From assembly GCA_963727625.1 (NCBI GenBank), contig CAVSHR010000002.1, positions 224,001 to 288,000 on the forward strand: DNA of 64,000 bases, read 5' to 3'. The translations under genes and the position numbers were made by a program. This document shows positions 52,329 to 63,804 of the stretch, in pieces (position 1 is the stretch's first letter; each line of letters starts with the position of its first letter). The notes under the pieces were generated by a model. It did not search any database and had not been told where the DNA came from. It saw only the letters and a program-made list of their open reading frames with translations. This DNA comes from an uncultured delta proteobacterium. Lineage in GTDB: Bacteria; Desulfobacterota; Binatia; UBA9968.

Positions 52329-53774
52329 TTAAGCCGGTTGTTTTTTAAGCTCGATACGCAGGTCGGTGATTTTTTTGCGCAGGGTATTGCGGTTGATGCC
52401 GAGAATTTGCGCGGCGCGGATCTGATTGCCGCGGGTTTTTTTGAGCGTCAACTCGATCAACGGCCGCTCGACCCTTTCGATGACCAAGGCATATAAGTTG
52501 TCGACATCGACGCCTTCGGTGCGGCGAAAATAATCTTCGAGCTTGTGGCGGATGATTTCCTCCAAGGAGAGCTGGTCGACCTCCATGGATGTCGCCGCCG
52601 GCTTGCTTTGCAGGGTGAAATCCTTGGGGAAGAGGATCGGACCCGAGGATAAAACCGCGGCGCGGATCAGCGTGTTCTCCAACTCGCGCACGTTACCGGG
52701 CCAGGAGTGTTCTTCGAGCCGCTTTTGCGCTTCGGGCGAAACCCCGGAAATCTGCAAGCCCATCTCGCGGTTGATCTTGTCGATGAAATAGCCGATCAGC
52801 AGTGAAATATCACCGCGCCGCTCGCGCAGCGGCGGCAGATAGATGGGGATTACCTTCAAGCGAAAGTAGAGATCTTCACGAAAACGTTTTTCCTTTACGG
52901 CTTTGTCGAGATCCTGATTGGTGGCGGCGAGAATGCGCACGTCGGCTTTCAGGGTATCGCGTCCGCCGACCCGGCTGTATTCGTGATCCTGGAGCACGCG
53001 CAGGAGTTTGGTTTGCAGGTCCAGCGGGATATCGCCGACTTCGTCTAAAAACAGCGTGCCGCCCTCGGCCAGCTCGAATTTGCCCAGGCGGCGATCCAAC
53101 GCGCCGGTGAAAGAACCCTTTTCATGGCCGAAGAGCTCGCTTTCCAGTAAGTCGCGCGGGATGGCGGCGCAGTTGATCGCTACGAAAGGCTGGTTCCAGC
53201 GCGGGGAGTTGTAGTGGATGGTCTTGGCGACGAGCTCCTTGCCCGTGCCGCTCTCACCCAAGATTAAGATCGTTGCCAAAGTATCGACGACTTGACCGAT
53301 GGTTTTGTAGACCGACTGCATGCTTGAGCTGGTTCCGATGATGTTGACGCCCGGCTCGAAGCGTTTCTTGACTTCTTCCTTAAGCTCGCGAAAGTCGCGA
53401 CTGAGCTTGTGGCTGTCGATGGCGCGCTTGACCAGCACCAGCACTTCATCGAGGTCGAAGGGCTTGGTGATGTAGTCGAAGGCGCCGTTCTTCATGGCGC
53501 CGATGGCGTTGCGCATGGTGTTCTGCGCGGTCATCAGGATCATCGCCGTGTCGATACCGTTTTCCTTGAGGTCTTTGAGCAGATCCAAACCATCGACGTC
53601 GGGCAGTTTGATGTCCATCAGCGATACGTCGAAGTGGCTGTCGGCGAGCAGCCGGCGGGCGGTGGCGCCGTTGGCCGCAGTCTGCACCCAGTAACCCTCG
53701 GTCTCGAGGGCCTTCTGCAAGACAAATCGCAGCGACTCTTCATCTTCGGTAATTAGAATTTTTCCTTGATCCAT
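52329..53774 (-). CDS. ntrC: sigma-54 response regulator (NtrC)
   Basis: Receiver domain, [51 protein letters not shown]. Confidence 0.88.
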   Translation of the reverse strand: MDQGKILITEDEESLRFVLQKALETEGYWVQTAANGATARRLLADSHFDVSLMDIKLPDVDGLDLLKDLKENGIDTAMILMTAQNTMRNAIGAMKNGAFDYITKPFDLDEVLVLVKRAIDSHKLSRDFRELKEEVKKRFEPGVNIIGTSSSMQSVYKTIGQVVDTLATILILGESGTGKELVAKTIHYNSPRWNQPFVAINCAAIPRDLLESELFGHEKGSFTGALDRRLGKFELAEGGTLFLDEVGDIPLDLQTKLLRVLQDHEYSRVGGRDTLKADVRILAATNQDLDKAVKEKRFREDLYFRLKVIPIYLPPLRERRGDISLLIGYFIDKINREMGLQISGVSPEAQKRLEEHSWPGNVRELENTLIRAAVLSSGPILFPKDFTLQSKPAATSMEVDQLSLEEIIRHKLEDYFRRTEGVDVDNLYALVIERVERPLIELTLKKTRGNQIRAAQILGINRNTLRKKITDLRIELKKQPA

Positions 53775-53776
53775 TT

Positions 53777-54883
53777 TTAGTCGGCCACCACCAATGAGAT
53801 TCTAAATGTGCTGCCCTTCCCCTCCGTGCTTTCGACCCGGATCGTGCCGCCATGCTCCCTGATGATGCGATAACAGGTCGCCAAGCCGAGCCCGCTCCCG
53901 TTGTTTTTGGTCGTGAAGAACGGCGAAAAAATATGCGGCAAATCTTCTTCGCGAATGCCCCGGCCTTCATCGGCAAGATCAACCCATATGAAACGATTGG
54001 GTTCCGTGCCGTGCTCCCGGATATGATAATCGGTCTCCACCCTGGTGGTTACGAGCAGCGTCCCGCGGTCCATAGCTTGAAAAGCATTTTTTACCAGATT
54101 GAGAAATACTTGGGTGAGTTGGGCGCGATCACCGCGGATCGGCGGCAGGCTCGGGTCGAACCACTTCCGCACGGTGATTTCCTTGTCGTCTTTGTTTTGG
54201 CCTTCGAGCAGCAAAACGTCTTCCAAAATTTCGTGGATATTCACCGGGGCGAGCGTCAACTGCGCCGGGCGCGATAGATCGAGCAGCTGCTCGATTAGCT
54301 GATTTACCCTGTCTACTTCGCGGATCATGATGTCGGTGAACTCCCGCACCGACGGTTCGCTGTCGCTGGAACGGCGCAGTAGCTGGGCGGCACCTTTGAT
54401 GCCCCCCAGGGGGTTACGTATTTCATGGGCCAGGCCGGCCGCTAACGTGCCCATCAAGGCCAGGCGATCGGCCCGTTTGAGATCCTCCTCGAGTTCCTTG
54501 CGGCGCTTGATGTCGCGCAGTAGTAGGATCGTGCCGACAAAGTGGCCGTGGCGGTCTTGCAGCGGCGAAACCGTGACGCCGACGGGAATCTTTCTGCCCC
54601 AACGAGTGATAAAATCGCCCTCGCCGCGGGCGCGCTTTTGGCGCGGCGGATGGGTTCGTTTGACCAGATCGATGAGCCAGGGCTCGCGCTTGAAGATTTG
54701 CTCCAGCCGCTGCCCGACCGCGGCTGCCGAAGAGATGTCGGTGAGCAGCTCCGAAGCTTCGTTAAAGAAAATGATCTTACCGTCGGTGTCGAGCGAGACC
54801 ACGCCGTCGTCAAGGTTGGCGAGGATTTGCTCCCAGGAAATTTGCGCAGGCGAAATTCGTTTCGCTGGACTCGAAGCTTTCAT
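53777..54883 (-). CDS. ntrB: PAS histidine kinase (NtrB)
   Basis: LAHEIRNPLGGIKGAAQLL, FDPSLP, QVFLNLVKNA, PFFTTK..GSGLGL. Confidence 0.88.
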   Translation of the reverse strand: MKASSPAKRISPAQISWEQILANLDDGVVSLDTDGKIIFFNEASELLTDISSAAAVGQRLEQIFKREPWLIDLVKRTHPPRQKRARGEGDFITRWGRKIPVGVTVSPLQDRHGHFVGTILLLRDIKRRKELEEDLKRADRLALMGTLAAGLAHEIRNPLGGIKGAAQLLRRSSDSEPSVREFTDIMIREVDRVNQLIEQLLDLSRPAQLTLAPVNIHEILEDVLLLEGQNKDDKEITVRKWFDPSLPPIRGDRAQLTQVFLNLVKNAFQAMDRGTLLVTTRVETDYHIREHGTEPNRFIWVDLADEGRGIREEDLPHIFSPFFTTKNNGSGLGLATCYRIIREHGGTIRVESTEGKGSTFRISLVVAD

Positions 54884-55015
54884 GGACGGTGCGCCGATTA
54901 AAAACAGAATCATAGCAAATACCCGCAGGCGTGCAACGCCGCGAGCGAACCCAGGCCTTGCATTGCCGAGCTCCGGTATGGTATCAATTTTCTTACACTT
55001 TAGGAGTCAACACTC

Positions 55016-55040
55016 AAAGTGGGCTTTGCCCGCTTTTTTT
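55016..55040 (+). promoter_or_regulatory. hairpin with U-tract in the rimP leader (attenuator-like)
   Basis: AAAGTGGGC-TTT-GCCCGCTTT followed by a T run, just upstream of rimP. Confidence 0.55.
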
Positions 55041-55059
55041 GTTTTTAGAGGCCGCAAGG

Positions 55060-55548
55060 ATGGATGCGACCATTGCCCGCATTTGGGAGCTAGCCGCGCC
55101 TCTGGCGGAAACCCAGGGCATGGAGATAATCGACATTGAACTCCGGCGCGAAGGGAGCCGTACCGGTCGCGTTCTGCGCTTGTATCTCGACAAAGACGGC
55201 GGTCCGAAGATGGACGATCTAACCCTGGTGAGCCGGGAATTGAGTGCACTGCTCGATACGCACGACGTAGTGGAGGGCGCTTACACTTTGGAAGTGTCCT
55301 CGCCAGGCATCAATCGGCCGCTCAAGCTTCCGGAACATTTTGTGCGTTTTGTCGGCAAGACCGTTCGCGTGCGAACCCGGGAGTTAATCCAGGGCCGAAG
55401 GTCGTTTCTGGGCCGGCTGTTGGAGGTCTCGAACGATAAGATCGTCGTGAATCAAGACGGAACGCGTTGCGAAATCCCGTTTTCGCTGATTGAAAAATCA
55501 AATTACGAGCACGACTGGAGTGCCGAATATGCAGCAGGATCTAAATAG
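55060..55548 (+). CDS. rimP: ribosome maturation factor RimP
   Basis: LRLYLDK, YTLEVSSPGINRPL; position upstream of nusA. Confidence 0.95.
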   Translation: MDATIARIWELAAPLAETQGMEIIDIELRREGSRTGRVLRLYLDKDGGPKMDDLTLVSRELSALLDTHDVVEGAYTLEVSSPGINRPLKLPEHFVRFVGKTVRVRTRELIQGRRSFLGRLLEVSNDKIVVNQDGTRCEIPFSLIEKSNYEHDWSAEYAAGSK

Positions 55549-56908
55549 AGTCATCGAACAGGTGAGCAAGGAAAAGGGAATCGACAAGACGATTCTCATC
55601 AGCGCCTTGGAAAATGCCATGGTCTCGGCCGCCAAGAAGAAATTCGGCCACAATCGCAAGATCGAGGCGCAGTTCAATACGGAGATCGGCGAAGTCGAGC
55701 TGTTCGAAGCCAAGACCGTGGTGGAACAAATCCAAGACGAGGCGACCGAGATTACCTTAAAGGAAGCCCGGGAGACCCTCGATCCCGACGCCGAGGTCGG
55801 TGACGAGCTGTTGTGCAAGCTCGATTCGAGCCTGTTCGGACGCATCGCGGCCCAGGCCGCTAAGCAAAACATCGTGCAACGGTTACGCGACGCCGAGCGC
55901 GAGATCATCTACAACGAATTCAAGGGCCGCGAGGGCCAGTTGGTCAACGGCATCGTGCAGCGTTTCGAGAAGCGCAACATCATCGTGAATCTCGGGCGCA
56001 CCGACGCGATTCTGCCGGAAAAGGAACAGGTGCCGCGCGAGCGCTACCGCCAGGGCGACCGGATCCGCGCCTATATTGTCAGCGTCGAAATCACCAGCCG
56101 GGGGCCGCAAATCGTGCTGTCGCGCACCCATCCGGGCATGTTGATTCAACTCTTCGCACAGGAAGTGCCGGAGATTTATGAAGGCATCGTCGAAGTCAAA
56201 GGCGCGGCGCGGGAGCCGGGCGGACGGGCCAAGATTGCCGTGGTTTCGCACGACTCTGACGTCGATCCGGTGGGAGCCTGTGTCGGCATGAAAGGCACGC
56301 GGGTGCAATCCGTCGTCCAGGAGTTGCGCGGTGAGAAAATCGATATCGTGCACTGGATTCCCGATCAAGCCGAATATGTCTGCCGGGCGCTTGCGCCGGC
56401 GAAGGCTTCCAAAATCATCATTGACGACGACGATCACACCATGGAAGTCATCGTTCCGGACGATCAGCTTTCGCTGGCGATCGGGAGAAAAGGTCAGAAC
56501 GTCCGCTTGGCTTCTCGTCTCACCGGCTGGCGCATAGATGTGCGGAGCGAGGCGGAGGCTGAAGAAGAGACGCGTCGGGCTCGCCAGTCGATCGGTGCGA
56601 TCCCGGGCATCGGCGATTTTGCCTCCGAGTTGCTTTATCAAGAGGGATTTAAGTCGGCGGAAGATATCGCGGACAGCGAGCTGGCGGAAATTCTCGATGT
56701 CGAGGGTATCAGCAAGGAAAAAGCCGAGGCTTTGCATATTTCGGCAAAGCAGTACGTGGCCGAGAAGCGAGCTCAAGAAGCTGAGGCGGCGGCGAACGAA
56801 GCAGCCGCTAAAGAAGCCGCTGCGAAAGAAGCGGCTGCGAATGCGGCGACCGCTGTGGCAGAGATTCCTCCGGAGAGCGCGCCCGAGCAAGAGTCGCAAC
56901 CCGAATAG
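55529..56908 (+). CDS. nusA: transcription factor NusA
   Basis: FGRIAAQAAKQ, AREPGGRAKIAV, GACVGMKG, LSLAIGRKGQNVRLA. Confidence 0.97.
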   Translation: MQQDLNRVIEQVSKEKGIDKTILISALENAMVSAAKKKFGHNRKIEAQFNTEIGEVELFEAKTVVEQIQDEATEITLKEARETLDPDAEVGDELLCKLDSSLFGRIAAQAAKQNIVQRLRDAEREIIYNEFKGREGQLVNGIVQRFEKRNIIVNLGRTDAILPEKEQVPRERYRQGDRIRAYIVSVEITSRGPQIVLSRTHPGMLIQLFAQEVPEIYEGIVEVKGAAREPGGRAKIAVVSHDSDVDPVGACVGMKGTRVQSVVQELRGEKIDIVHWIPDQAEYVCRALAPAKASKIIIDDDDHTMEVIVPDDQLSLAIGRKGQNVRLASRLTGWRIDVRSEAEAEEETRRARQSIGAIPGIGDFASELLYQEGFKSAEDIADSELAEILDVEGISKEKAEALHISAKQYVAEKRAQEAEAAANEAAAKEAAAKEAAANAATAVAEIPPESAPEQESQPE

Positions 56909-56910
56909 GC

Positions 56911-57180
56911 GTGACGCAAACTAGATGGCAGCCGCAGCGAACTTGCCTGGGCTGTGGGGCGCGAGACGATCAAAGACGGCTGCTGCGCTTGGCGGTGACG
57001 GAGCAGGGCCGGCTGGTTGTCGATCGCGCTAACGGACGCGGCGGGTATTTGCATCGTTACGAGCAGTGTTGGCGAAAGTTCTTGGGACGAAAAGGATTGT
57101 ATCGCGCCTTTCGGGTTGAAGTTAGCCGAGCCACGAAGGAACAGTTGATGAAGGAACTCAAGGGTCGAGACTGGGAGTAA
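56911..57180 (+). CDS. ylxR: YlxR (DUF448) RNA-binding protein
   Basis: PQRTCLGC, LLRL, GRGGYLH; synteny. Confidence 0.9.
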   Translation: MTQTRWQPQRTCLGCGARDDQRRLLRLAVTEQGRLVVDRANGRGGYLHRYEQCWRKFLGRKGLYRAFRVEVSRATKEQLMKELKGRDWE

Positions 57181-57186
57181 GCAGAG

Positions 57187-59922
57187 ATGGGGAAGACAAG
57201 AGTCCATCTATTAGCCAAGGAATTGGAAGTTGAGACCAAAGATCTCATCGCTCAGCTTGATAAGCTGGGCATAAGAGGGCGGAAAGCCCAGAGCGCGCTT
57301 GAAGACGACGACGTGGTGCGCGTGCGCGCAGCTTTTGCGGCTCAGGAAAAACCTCAAGTCCATGTCGGCGAGGAAAAAATTGTCGCCGATCGCTTGGTTA
57401 AAAGCGAAGACGAAGGCGACGGAACCGAAGCCCGTGAAACCGTCGTCGAGCGCCGCGTGCGCGCCAACGTGATTCGCCGGCGGGTCAATCGCACGGAGGT
57501 TGCACCGAGCGAAACTGCGACCGCCGCGACTGAAATTGCAAAATCTCCGTTCCCAGAACCCGCCGCCCCAGAGATCGAAACGGCCGCGCCGGAAACCCCG
57601 GCTGATATAAACCCAATCGAGATGACACCGGTGATCGAATCTCCCTTTGAACCGGCCACGCCATTGGAGCCTCCAGAAGAGTCTCAAGCGCTTCCTTTGG
57701 AGCATGAGACCCAGCCGTCTTTGGCTGTTACACCGGCGCCGCAACCAGCGTCGTCGCAGAGCGAAGCCGCTGCGCCGGAAGCGCCGCGGGGCGCGCGCAT
57801 TCTTGGCCGCATTGATCTGAAACAAACCATGCGCATTGAACCGGCGCCGACGCCGTTGCGCAAACCGCCGCCAGGCGCTCCGGGAGCCGCCGGCGCGCGC
57901 GCGAGCGAAGCCGATCGAACCCGCCCGGCTGACGGCACGGTCGTGCCAGCGGGCGAGGACAAGCCGAAGGCTGGGCGCCATAAGAAGCGCGTCGTTAAGA
58001 AACAAGACGTGCTGGAAACCAGAGAGAAAGAGCTGCGCGGCGGGCGTTTCCCGCGGAAGAAAAGAGTTTTGCCCGGCAAAGAGGTCAAACAAACCGAGAT
58101 TACGGTTCCGAAAGCGAGCAAGCGGGTCATTAAAATTTCCGAAGTCGTCACGGTCGGCGATTTGTCCAGAGAAATGGGCGTCAAAGCCGGCGAGGTTATT
58201 AAAAAATTGATGGGCATGGGGATGATGGCGACTATCAACCAAGTGCTCGACACCGACACGGCAACTTTGATCGCCTCGGAATTCGACCATCAGGTCGAGA
58301 ACGTCGCCTTCGATGTCGACAGTGCTTTGGAGGTCGAACATCAAGTCGAAGATCAGGAAAGCGCGCTCTTGCCGCGTCCACCGGTGGTAACGATCATGGG
58401 CCATGTAGACCATGGCAAAACTTCTCTATTGGACGCGATCCGCAGCACCAACGTGACGGCGCAGGAGCATGGTGGCATCACCCAGCATATCGGCGCCTAC
58501 CATGTGTGGGTCGACGGGCGCAGCGTGACTTTCCTCGACACGCCGGGCCACGAAGCTTTTACGGCGATGCGCGCGCGCGGCGCTAAAGTGACCGACATCG
58601 TCGTGCTCGTCGTCGCCGCCGACGACGGTGTCATGCCGCAGACGGTGGAGGCGATCAATCACGCCCGCGCCGCCGAGGTGCCGATCCTCGTGGCGGTCAA
58701 CAAGATCGATCGGCCTGACGCTGACCTCGAGAAGGTGAAGCGAGGTTTATCAGAACACGGCCTGGTCGCCGAAGATTGGGGCGGCGACGCGGTCTTTGCG
58801 CCGGTGTCAGCAAAAACTCAACAAGGTATCCCGCACCTGCTCGAAATGTTGCTCTTGCAAGCCGATATTTTAGAACTCAAGGCAAATCCGGATAAGCTTG
58901 CCCGAGGCACTATCGTCGAAGCCAAGCTGGACCGCGGCCGAGGACCCGTGGCGACCGTGCTCGTGCAGGAAGGGACGCTGCGCGTCGGGGATGCCTTTGT
59001 CTGCGGCGTCTATTATGGCAAGGTGCGCGCGATGGTCGACGATCATGGGCGCAAAGTCGAAGTGGCGCCGCCGTCTTTTCCGGTGGAGATTCTCGGGCTC
59101 CAAGGGGTGCCGCTGGCCGGCGATTCATTCGTCGCGGTTGCCGACGAAGCCAAGGCGCGCCAGGTGGCGGAATACCGTCATAGCAAACAAAGAGAGACCG
59201 AGTTGGTCAAGTCGAGCAAGGTGTCCCTCGACGAGCTCTACAATCAAATCAAAGCCGGCGATGTCAAAGAGCTCCGCGTTGTGCTCAAAGCCGACGTGCA
59301 GGGTTCCGTGGAGGCTTTGACCGATGCGCTCAACCGGATGTCCACCGATGAAGTGAAACTCAGAGTCATCCACGGCTCGGTCGGCGGGATCACGGAAAGC
59401 GACATTCTGTTAGCCACGGCGTCGAACGCGATTGTGATCGGATTCAACGTACGACCGGAATCGAAGGGTGCGGCTCTAGCCGCCCGAGAAGGCGTCGATG
59501 TTCGGCTCTATACGATTATTTACGAGGCAGTGGCTGATATTCGCGCGGCAATGGAAGGCATGCTCGAGCCAACGTTCCGCGAACAAATCCTGGCCCGGGT
59601 GGACCTCCGCCAGACTTTCAATATCGCCGGCGTCGGCACGATTGCCGGATGTTACGTCACCGAAGGCAAAATCGCGCGCGGCAATCTGGTCCGCCTGTTG
59701 CGGGACCATGTGGTAGTCTTCGAAGGCAAGTTGGCGAGCCTCAAGCGTTTTAAAGACGACGTGCGTGAGGTGGCGGCCGGATATGAATGCGGTCTTTCCC
59801 TGGAAGGATATCAGGACATCAAGCAGGGCGATACCATCGAGGCCTTCGAGCGCATTCCGGTCGTGCGCCGGATCAGCACCGCGCCGTCCGGGCGCGAAGC
59901 GGCGCGGCTCGGCGGCACGTAG
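57187..59922 (+). CDS. infB: translation initiation factor IF-2
   Basis: [46 protein letters not shown]. Confidence 0.98.
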   Translation: MGKTRVHLLAKELEVETKDLIAQLDKLGIRGRKAQSALEDDDVVRVRAAFAAQEKPQVHVGEEKIVADRLVKSEDEGDGTEARETVVERRVRANVIRRRVNRTEVAPSETATAATEIAKSPFPEPAAPEIETAAPETPADINPIEMTPVIESPFEPATPLEPPEESQALPLEHETQPSLAVTPAPQPASSQSEAAAPEAPRGARILGRIDLKQTMRIEPAPTPLRKPPPGAPGAAGARASEADRTRPADGTVVPAGEDKPKAGRHKKRVVKKQDVLETREKELRGGRFPRKKRVLPGKEVKQTEITVPKASKRVIKISEVVTVGDLSREMGVKAGEVIKKLMGMGMMATINQVLDTDTATLIASEFDHQVENVAFDVDSALEVEHQVEDQESALLPRPPVVTIMGHVDHGKTSLLDAIRSTNVTAQEHGGITQHIGAYHVWVDGRSVTFLDTPGHEAFTAMRARGAKVTDIVVLVVAADDGVMPQTVEAINHARAAEVPILVAVNKIDRPDADLEKVKRGLSEHGLVAEDWGGDAVFAPVSAKTQQGIPHLLEMLLLQADILELKANPDKLARGTIVEAKLDRGRGPVATVLVQEGTLRVGDAFVCGVYYGKVRAMVDDHGRKVEVAPPSFPVEILGLQGVPLAGDSFVAVADEAKARQVAEYRHSKQRETELVKSSKVSLDELYNQIKAGDVKELRVVLKADVQGSVEALTDALNRMSTDEVKLRVIHGSVGGITESDILLATASNAIVIGFNVRPESKGAALAAREGVDVRLYTIIYEAVADIRAAMEGMLEPTFREQILARVDLRQTFNIAGVGTIAGCYVTEGKIARGNLVRLLRDHVVVFEGKLASLKRFKDDVREVAAGYECGLSLEGYQDIKQGDTIEAFERIPVVRRISTAPSGREAARLGGT

Positions 59923-59954
59923 GCCGCCGGCAGCATGGAGATCCGTCCAGTCCA

Positions 59955-60242
59955 ATGGTCGTGGGAATCCTTAAAATCAAATTGATGATTCCCGAAAACC
60001 ATTCGCTCAAGGGAAAACGCGGAATTTTGAAACGTATTCAAGCGCGGGTTGGCAACCAATTTAACGTCTCGGTGACCGAGTGCGATGATCAGGAACTGTG
60101 GCAAAGCGCGGTGTTGGGCTTTGCCGCGGCCGGTACGAGCCACGCGATCGTCGAAGCGACGCTCCACAAGATCGTTGAATTCGTCGACGGACTCGGTTTA
60201 GCCGAGCTCGGCGAGGCAGAGGTCGAAAGCTTTCATTGCTGA
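59955..60242 (+). CDS. DUF503 family protein
   Basis: MVVG, HSLKGKR, FNVSVTE, DQELWQ; synteny. Confidence 0.9.
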   Translation: MVVGILKIKLMIPENHSLKGKRGILKRIQARVGNQFNVSVTECDDQELWQSAVLGFAAAGTSHAIVEATLHKIVEFVDGLGLAELGEAEVESFHC

Positions 60243-60292
60243 ACCCCTGATCCGTTCGCCGTCGATTTTGAATTCATCCTCCCTGTCCTATC

Positions 60293-60637
60293 ATGGAATA
60301 CCAACGATCAGATCGTGTCGGTGATTTATTGCTTGAAGTGATTGCCGATCTGTTGCGCCGCGAGATCCGCGATCCGCGACTGCAGTGGCTGAACCTCACC
60401 GGAGTGAAGGTCAGCAAGGATCTCCGGCATGCCAATGTGTATTTCAACCTTCTCAGCGCGGCGGAAGATGATAAGGATGCGGCAATGGCCGGGTTAAAGA
60501 GTGCCGGTGGATTCATTCGTTCCAAGGTAGGTAAAAAACTCAATCTGCGGTTCGTGCCAACCATTGAGTTTACCTACGACGAGAGCGAAGAAGAAGCCCG
60601 GCGCATCGACAGTTTGCTGAACAAAGTCAAGCAATAA
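60293..60637 (+). CDS. rbfA: ribosome-binding factor A
   Basis: RSDRV, IRDPRL, VSKDLRHA, LRFVPTIEFTYD. Confidence 0.95.
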   Translation: MEYQRSDRVGDLLLEVIADLLRREIRDPRLQWLNLTGVKVSKDLRHANVYFNLLSAAEDDKDAAMAGLKSAGGFIRSKVGKKLNLRFVPTIEFTYDESEEEARRIDSLLNKVKQ

Positions 60638-60696
60638 ATTCCTATCGCTCGAAGTCTTCGGTTTCATTGTGATACGCCAAATTTCCGGATTTTACT

Positions 60697-61602
60697 ATGA
60701 GCATGACGCGCAGCGGCATTTTGCTAATCGACAAATCGGAAGGGCCGTCTTCGGCGCAAGTAGTGCACCGGGTTAAGACCCTGTTGCAGGCGAAAAAAGT
60801 CGGTCATCTCGGCACGCTCGATCCCTTTGCCTCGGGACTGCTCCTTATTGGCATCAACGAGGGAACCAAAATCGCCGATCTCTTTCTCGGCGGGGTGAAA
60901 AGCTATCGCGGCGTGATTGCCTTGGGAATCGAAACCGACACCCAGGACCGCACCGGTAAGATTTTGCAGGAACGACCGGTAGGAGCGCTCGAAGATGCGC
61001 ATTTGCGCGCCATGGAACAAAAATTTACCGGCGAATTGCAACAGGTGCCACCGATGTTCTCGGCGTTAAAAAAAGACGGTGTTCGCCTATACCGCTTGGC
61101 GCGTCAGGGTAAGGAGGTCCCTCGCGAACCTCGCCGGATTCGGATAGACCATCTGTGGTTAAGCCGGTTGAGCGATTCGGAGCTCGAGTTCGAGACCACC
61201 TGTTCGCGCGGAACCTATATCCGCACCCTGGCCGCCGATATGGGCAAACAACTCGGATGCGGCGCGCATTTAAAGACGTTGCGGCGCACGGCCTGCGATC
61301 ATCTGAAGGTTGAGAATGCGGTCCGAGTCGAGGAACTTGCAAGCCGATGCGCCGCGGGTGGCTTGCCCGTGCTGACGCTGCGAGAAGCACTAAGCCATCT
61401 ACCGGCGGTCACCTGGCAAAGCCGGTATTTGTCGCGTTTGCGGTTGGGGCAGCAGGAATTATTGGCGCAAATCGGCAATCCTCTCGGCGGACAAAATTTG
61501 CTGGGAATTCTCGAACCCTGCGGCGACCTCGCCGCCCTGGTCCAGTGGACCGAAGATCTGCCGGGCGGCCGTTGGCGTCTGTATCGGCTGTTTCAGAGCT
61601 GA
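60697..61602 (+). CDS. truB: tRNA pseudouridine 55 synthase
   Basis: KVGHLGTLDPFASG, QVPPMFSALK, CSRGTYIRTLA. Confidence 0.96.
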   Translation: MSMTRSGILLIDKSEGPSSAQVVHRVKTLLQAKKVGHLGTLDPFASGLLLIGINEGTKIADLFLGGVKSYRGVIALGIETDTQDRTGKILQERPVGALEDAHLRAMEQKFTGELQQVPPMFSALKKDGVRLYRLARQGKEVPREPRRIRIDHLWLSRLSDSELEFETTCSRGTYIRTLAADMGKQLGCGAHLKTLRRTACDHLKVENAVRVEELASRCAAGGLPVLTLREALSHLPAVTWQSRYLSRLRLGQQELLAQIGNPLGGQNLLGILEPCGDLAALVQWTEDLPGGRWRLYRLFQS

Positions 61603-61753
61603 GCATTGACATCGCTGCGAGGGATCAGTTACGTTAAAATCTCTCCGAAAACACGCGACCTGAATTTGAGACCATTGAACGGTCGAGTGAAATTTGGTTT
61701 TTGTTTTCCGGAGTTAAGATCGGTGATCTTAGGAAAGGAATGATCGGAATCTC

Positions 61754-63526
61754 ATGAACCAGTCGACAGGTGCCATGCCGTCAAATTTGCATATTCAGAA
61801 TTGGGTCAAAGAAATGGCCGCGATGTGTCAGCCCGATGATATCTATTGGTGCGACGGATCGGAAGAAGAAAAGGAAAATCTGACCGAGGTAGCGGTCGCC
61901 AGCGGTGATCTCATGCCGCTGAACCAAAAGGAGTTGCCGGGTTGCTATCTGCATCGGAGCGCGGCCAACGACGTAGCCCGGACGGAAAATCTCACGTTCG
62001 TTTGCACCAGAAGCCAGGAGGAAGCCGGCCCTAATAACAACTGGATGGAGCCTGCGGAATCTTACGATCGCCTGGGTAAAATCTTCCGCGGCGCGATGCG
62101 CGGCCGGACCCTCTACGTGATTCCGTTTCTCATGGGGCCGCAAGGCTCGCCGTTTAGCAAGGTGGGCATTCAGGTCACCGACAGCGTTTACGTCGTGCTC
62201 AATATGCGCTTGATGACCCGGATGGGCAAAGTCGCTCTCGATCATCTTGGCGCCTCCGACGATTTTACCCGGTGCCTGCATTCCAAGGCCGACCTCGACA
62301 TGGAGCGGCGCTTCATTTGTCATTATCCGCAAGACAACACGATTTGGAGCGTCGGCTCGGGGTACGGCGGCAACGCGTTGCTGGCAAAAAAATGTCTTGC
62401 GCTGCGCATCGCCAGCAAGCTCGGCCAAAAAGAAGGGTGGTTGGCCGAACATATGCTCATCGTCGGTATTGAAAGCCCCGACGGCGAAATCAGTTATGTT
62501 TGCGGCGCGTTTCCGAGCGCCTGCGGCAAAACCAATCTCTCCATGTTGGTGCCGCCGCCGAGCATGAAGGGCTGGAAGATCCACACGATCGGTGACGATA
62601 TTTCGTGGCTGCGGATCGGCTCGGATGGACGGCTCTGGGCGATCAATCCGGAAGCCGGCTTTTTCGGCGTAGCGCCGGGCACGAGCTCCAAGACCAATCC
62701 GAACGCCATGGCGACGATTAAGAAAGACGCAATTTTCACCAACGTGGCGTTGCGCTCGGACGGCACGGTTTGGTGGGAGGGTCATGACGATCCGACGCCG
62801 AACAACGCGCATGACTGGAGGGGCAGAGCTTGGGACCCGCAGAGCGGTCATCCCGCGGCGCACCCCAACGCGCGCTTTACGGCGTCGATCAAACAGTGCC
62901 CGACCTATTCTCCCGAATGGGAAAAACCCGAGGGGGTGCCGATCAGCGCGATTCTTTTTGGGGCGCGGCGCAACAAGTTGATACCGCTAGTCTACCAATC
63001 GTTTAACTGGCAGCACGGCACATTTCTCGGCGCTACCCTGGCGTCAGAGACCACCGCGGCGGCGACCGGTGCGGTGGGCGTGGTGCGCCGCGATCCGATG
63101 GCGATGCTGCCTTTCTGCGGTTACAACATGGGCGACTATTGGGCCCATTGGCTTTCGATCGCGCGTCGGGCGAGCAATCCACCGAAAGTTTTTCGCGTCA
63201 ATTGGTTTCAGCGAAATGATCAAAACAAGTTTATCTGGCCGGGCTTCGGCGAGAACTTGCGTGTGCTGCGTTGGGTGATCGAGCGCTCGAAGGGCGGCGG
63301 CGCGGCGGATGAGACGCCAATCGGATTCGTTCCCAAGGCATCCGCGCTCAATGGCGGCGATTTGAAAATTTCAAAGGGCGATCTCGATCGGCTCGTTCGC
63401 GTTGATCGCGAAGGTTGGAAGAGCAATTTAAAAAGTCAGGGCGATTATTTCGCTACGTTCGGCGATCATCTGCCGACGGGTATCAAAGACGAACACAAAG
63501 CCCTGGCAAGTCGCCTTAAGGCATAG
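61754..63526 (+). CDS. pckG: phosphoenolpyruvate carboxykinase (GTP)
   Basis: DVARTE, GSGYGGN, WLAEHM, FPSACGKTNL, GDDI, NPEAGFFG, HPNARF, DPMAMLPF, VNWF. Confidence 0.97.
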   Translation: MNQSTGAMPSNLHIQNWVKEMAAMCQPDDIYWCDGSEEEKENLTEVAVASGDLMPLNQKELPGCYLHRSAANDVARTENLTFVCTRSQEEAGPNNNWMEPAESYDRLGKIFRGAMRGRTLYVIPFLMGPQGSPFSKVGIQVTDSVYVVLNMRLMTRMGKVALDHLGASDDFTRCLHSKADLDMERRFICHYPQDNTIWSVGSGYGGNALLAKKCLALRIASKLGQKEGWLAEHMLIVGIESPDGEISYVCGAFPSACGKTNLSMLVPPPSMKGWKIHTIGDDISWLRIGSDGRLWAINPEAGFFGVAPGTSSKTNPNAMATIKKDAIFTNVALRSDGTVWWEGHDDPTPNNAHDWRGRAWDPQSGHPAAHPNARFTASIKQCPTYSPEWEKPEGVPISAILFGARRNKLIPLVYQSFNWQHGTFLGATLASETTAAATGAVGVVRRDPMAMLPFCGYNMGDYWAHWLSIARRASNPPKVFRVNWFQRNDQNKFIWPGFGENLRVLRWVIERSKGGGAADETPIGFVPKASALNGGDLKISKGDLDRLVRVDREGWKSNLKSQGDYFATFGDHLPTGIKDEHKALASRLKA

Positions 63527-63542
63527 AGTATTTCTGGCGCGG

Positions 63543-63804
63543 GGATATCACGACGTCGGCGGACTTCCAGGGGCGGGAACGATAGATCAAAGCCAGCACG
63601 ATGTTTCCGACTGGGAGATTCGCGCCGACGCGGTGAACCAAGCGTCGGGTGCAAAGGGCATCAAACGAACCGAAGGGAACGGACGGTTGGACAGCAGCGA
63701 GAGCTGTCCAACTTAGCAAGTCGGGATAGCAAGATCGGCGTGATGGACGCATTACCCGCCATTCCTGAAAAGTACCGAAGAGTTTCCTCGATAATCTTTA
63801 AGCT
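63543..63804 (+). ncRNA. structured non-coding element, possibly an IS110-family non-coding end without its recombinase
   Basis: Several hairpins (e.g. GTTGGACAGC-N7-GCTGTCCAAC, 63686-63712), no credible ORF, flanked by the two halves of the REP-like repeat seen intact at 36404. Confidence 0.45.

Noticed and set aside
37655-58413. Long antisense ORFs (e.g. 37655..38980, 39588..40712, 45206..46213, 55883..56899, 57211..58413)
   Set aside because: Shadow frames opposite well-conserved GC-rich genes, with no recognisable motifs.
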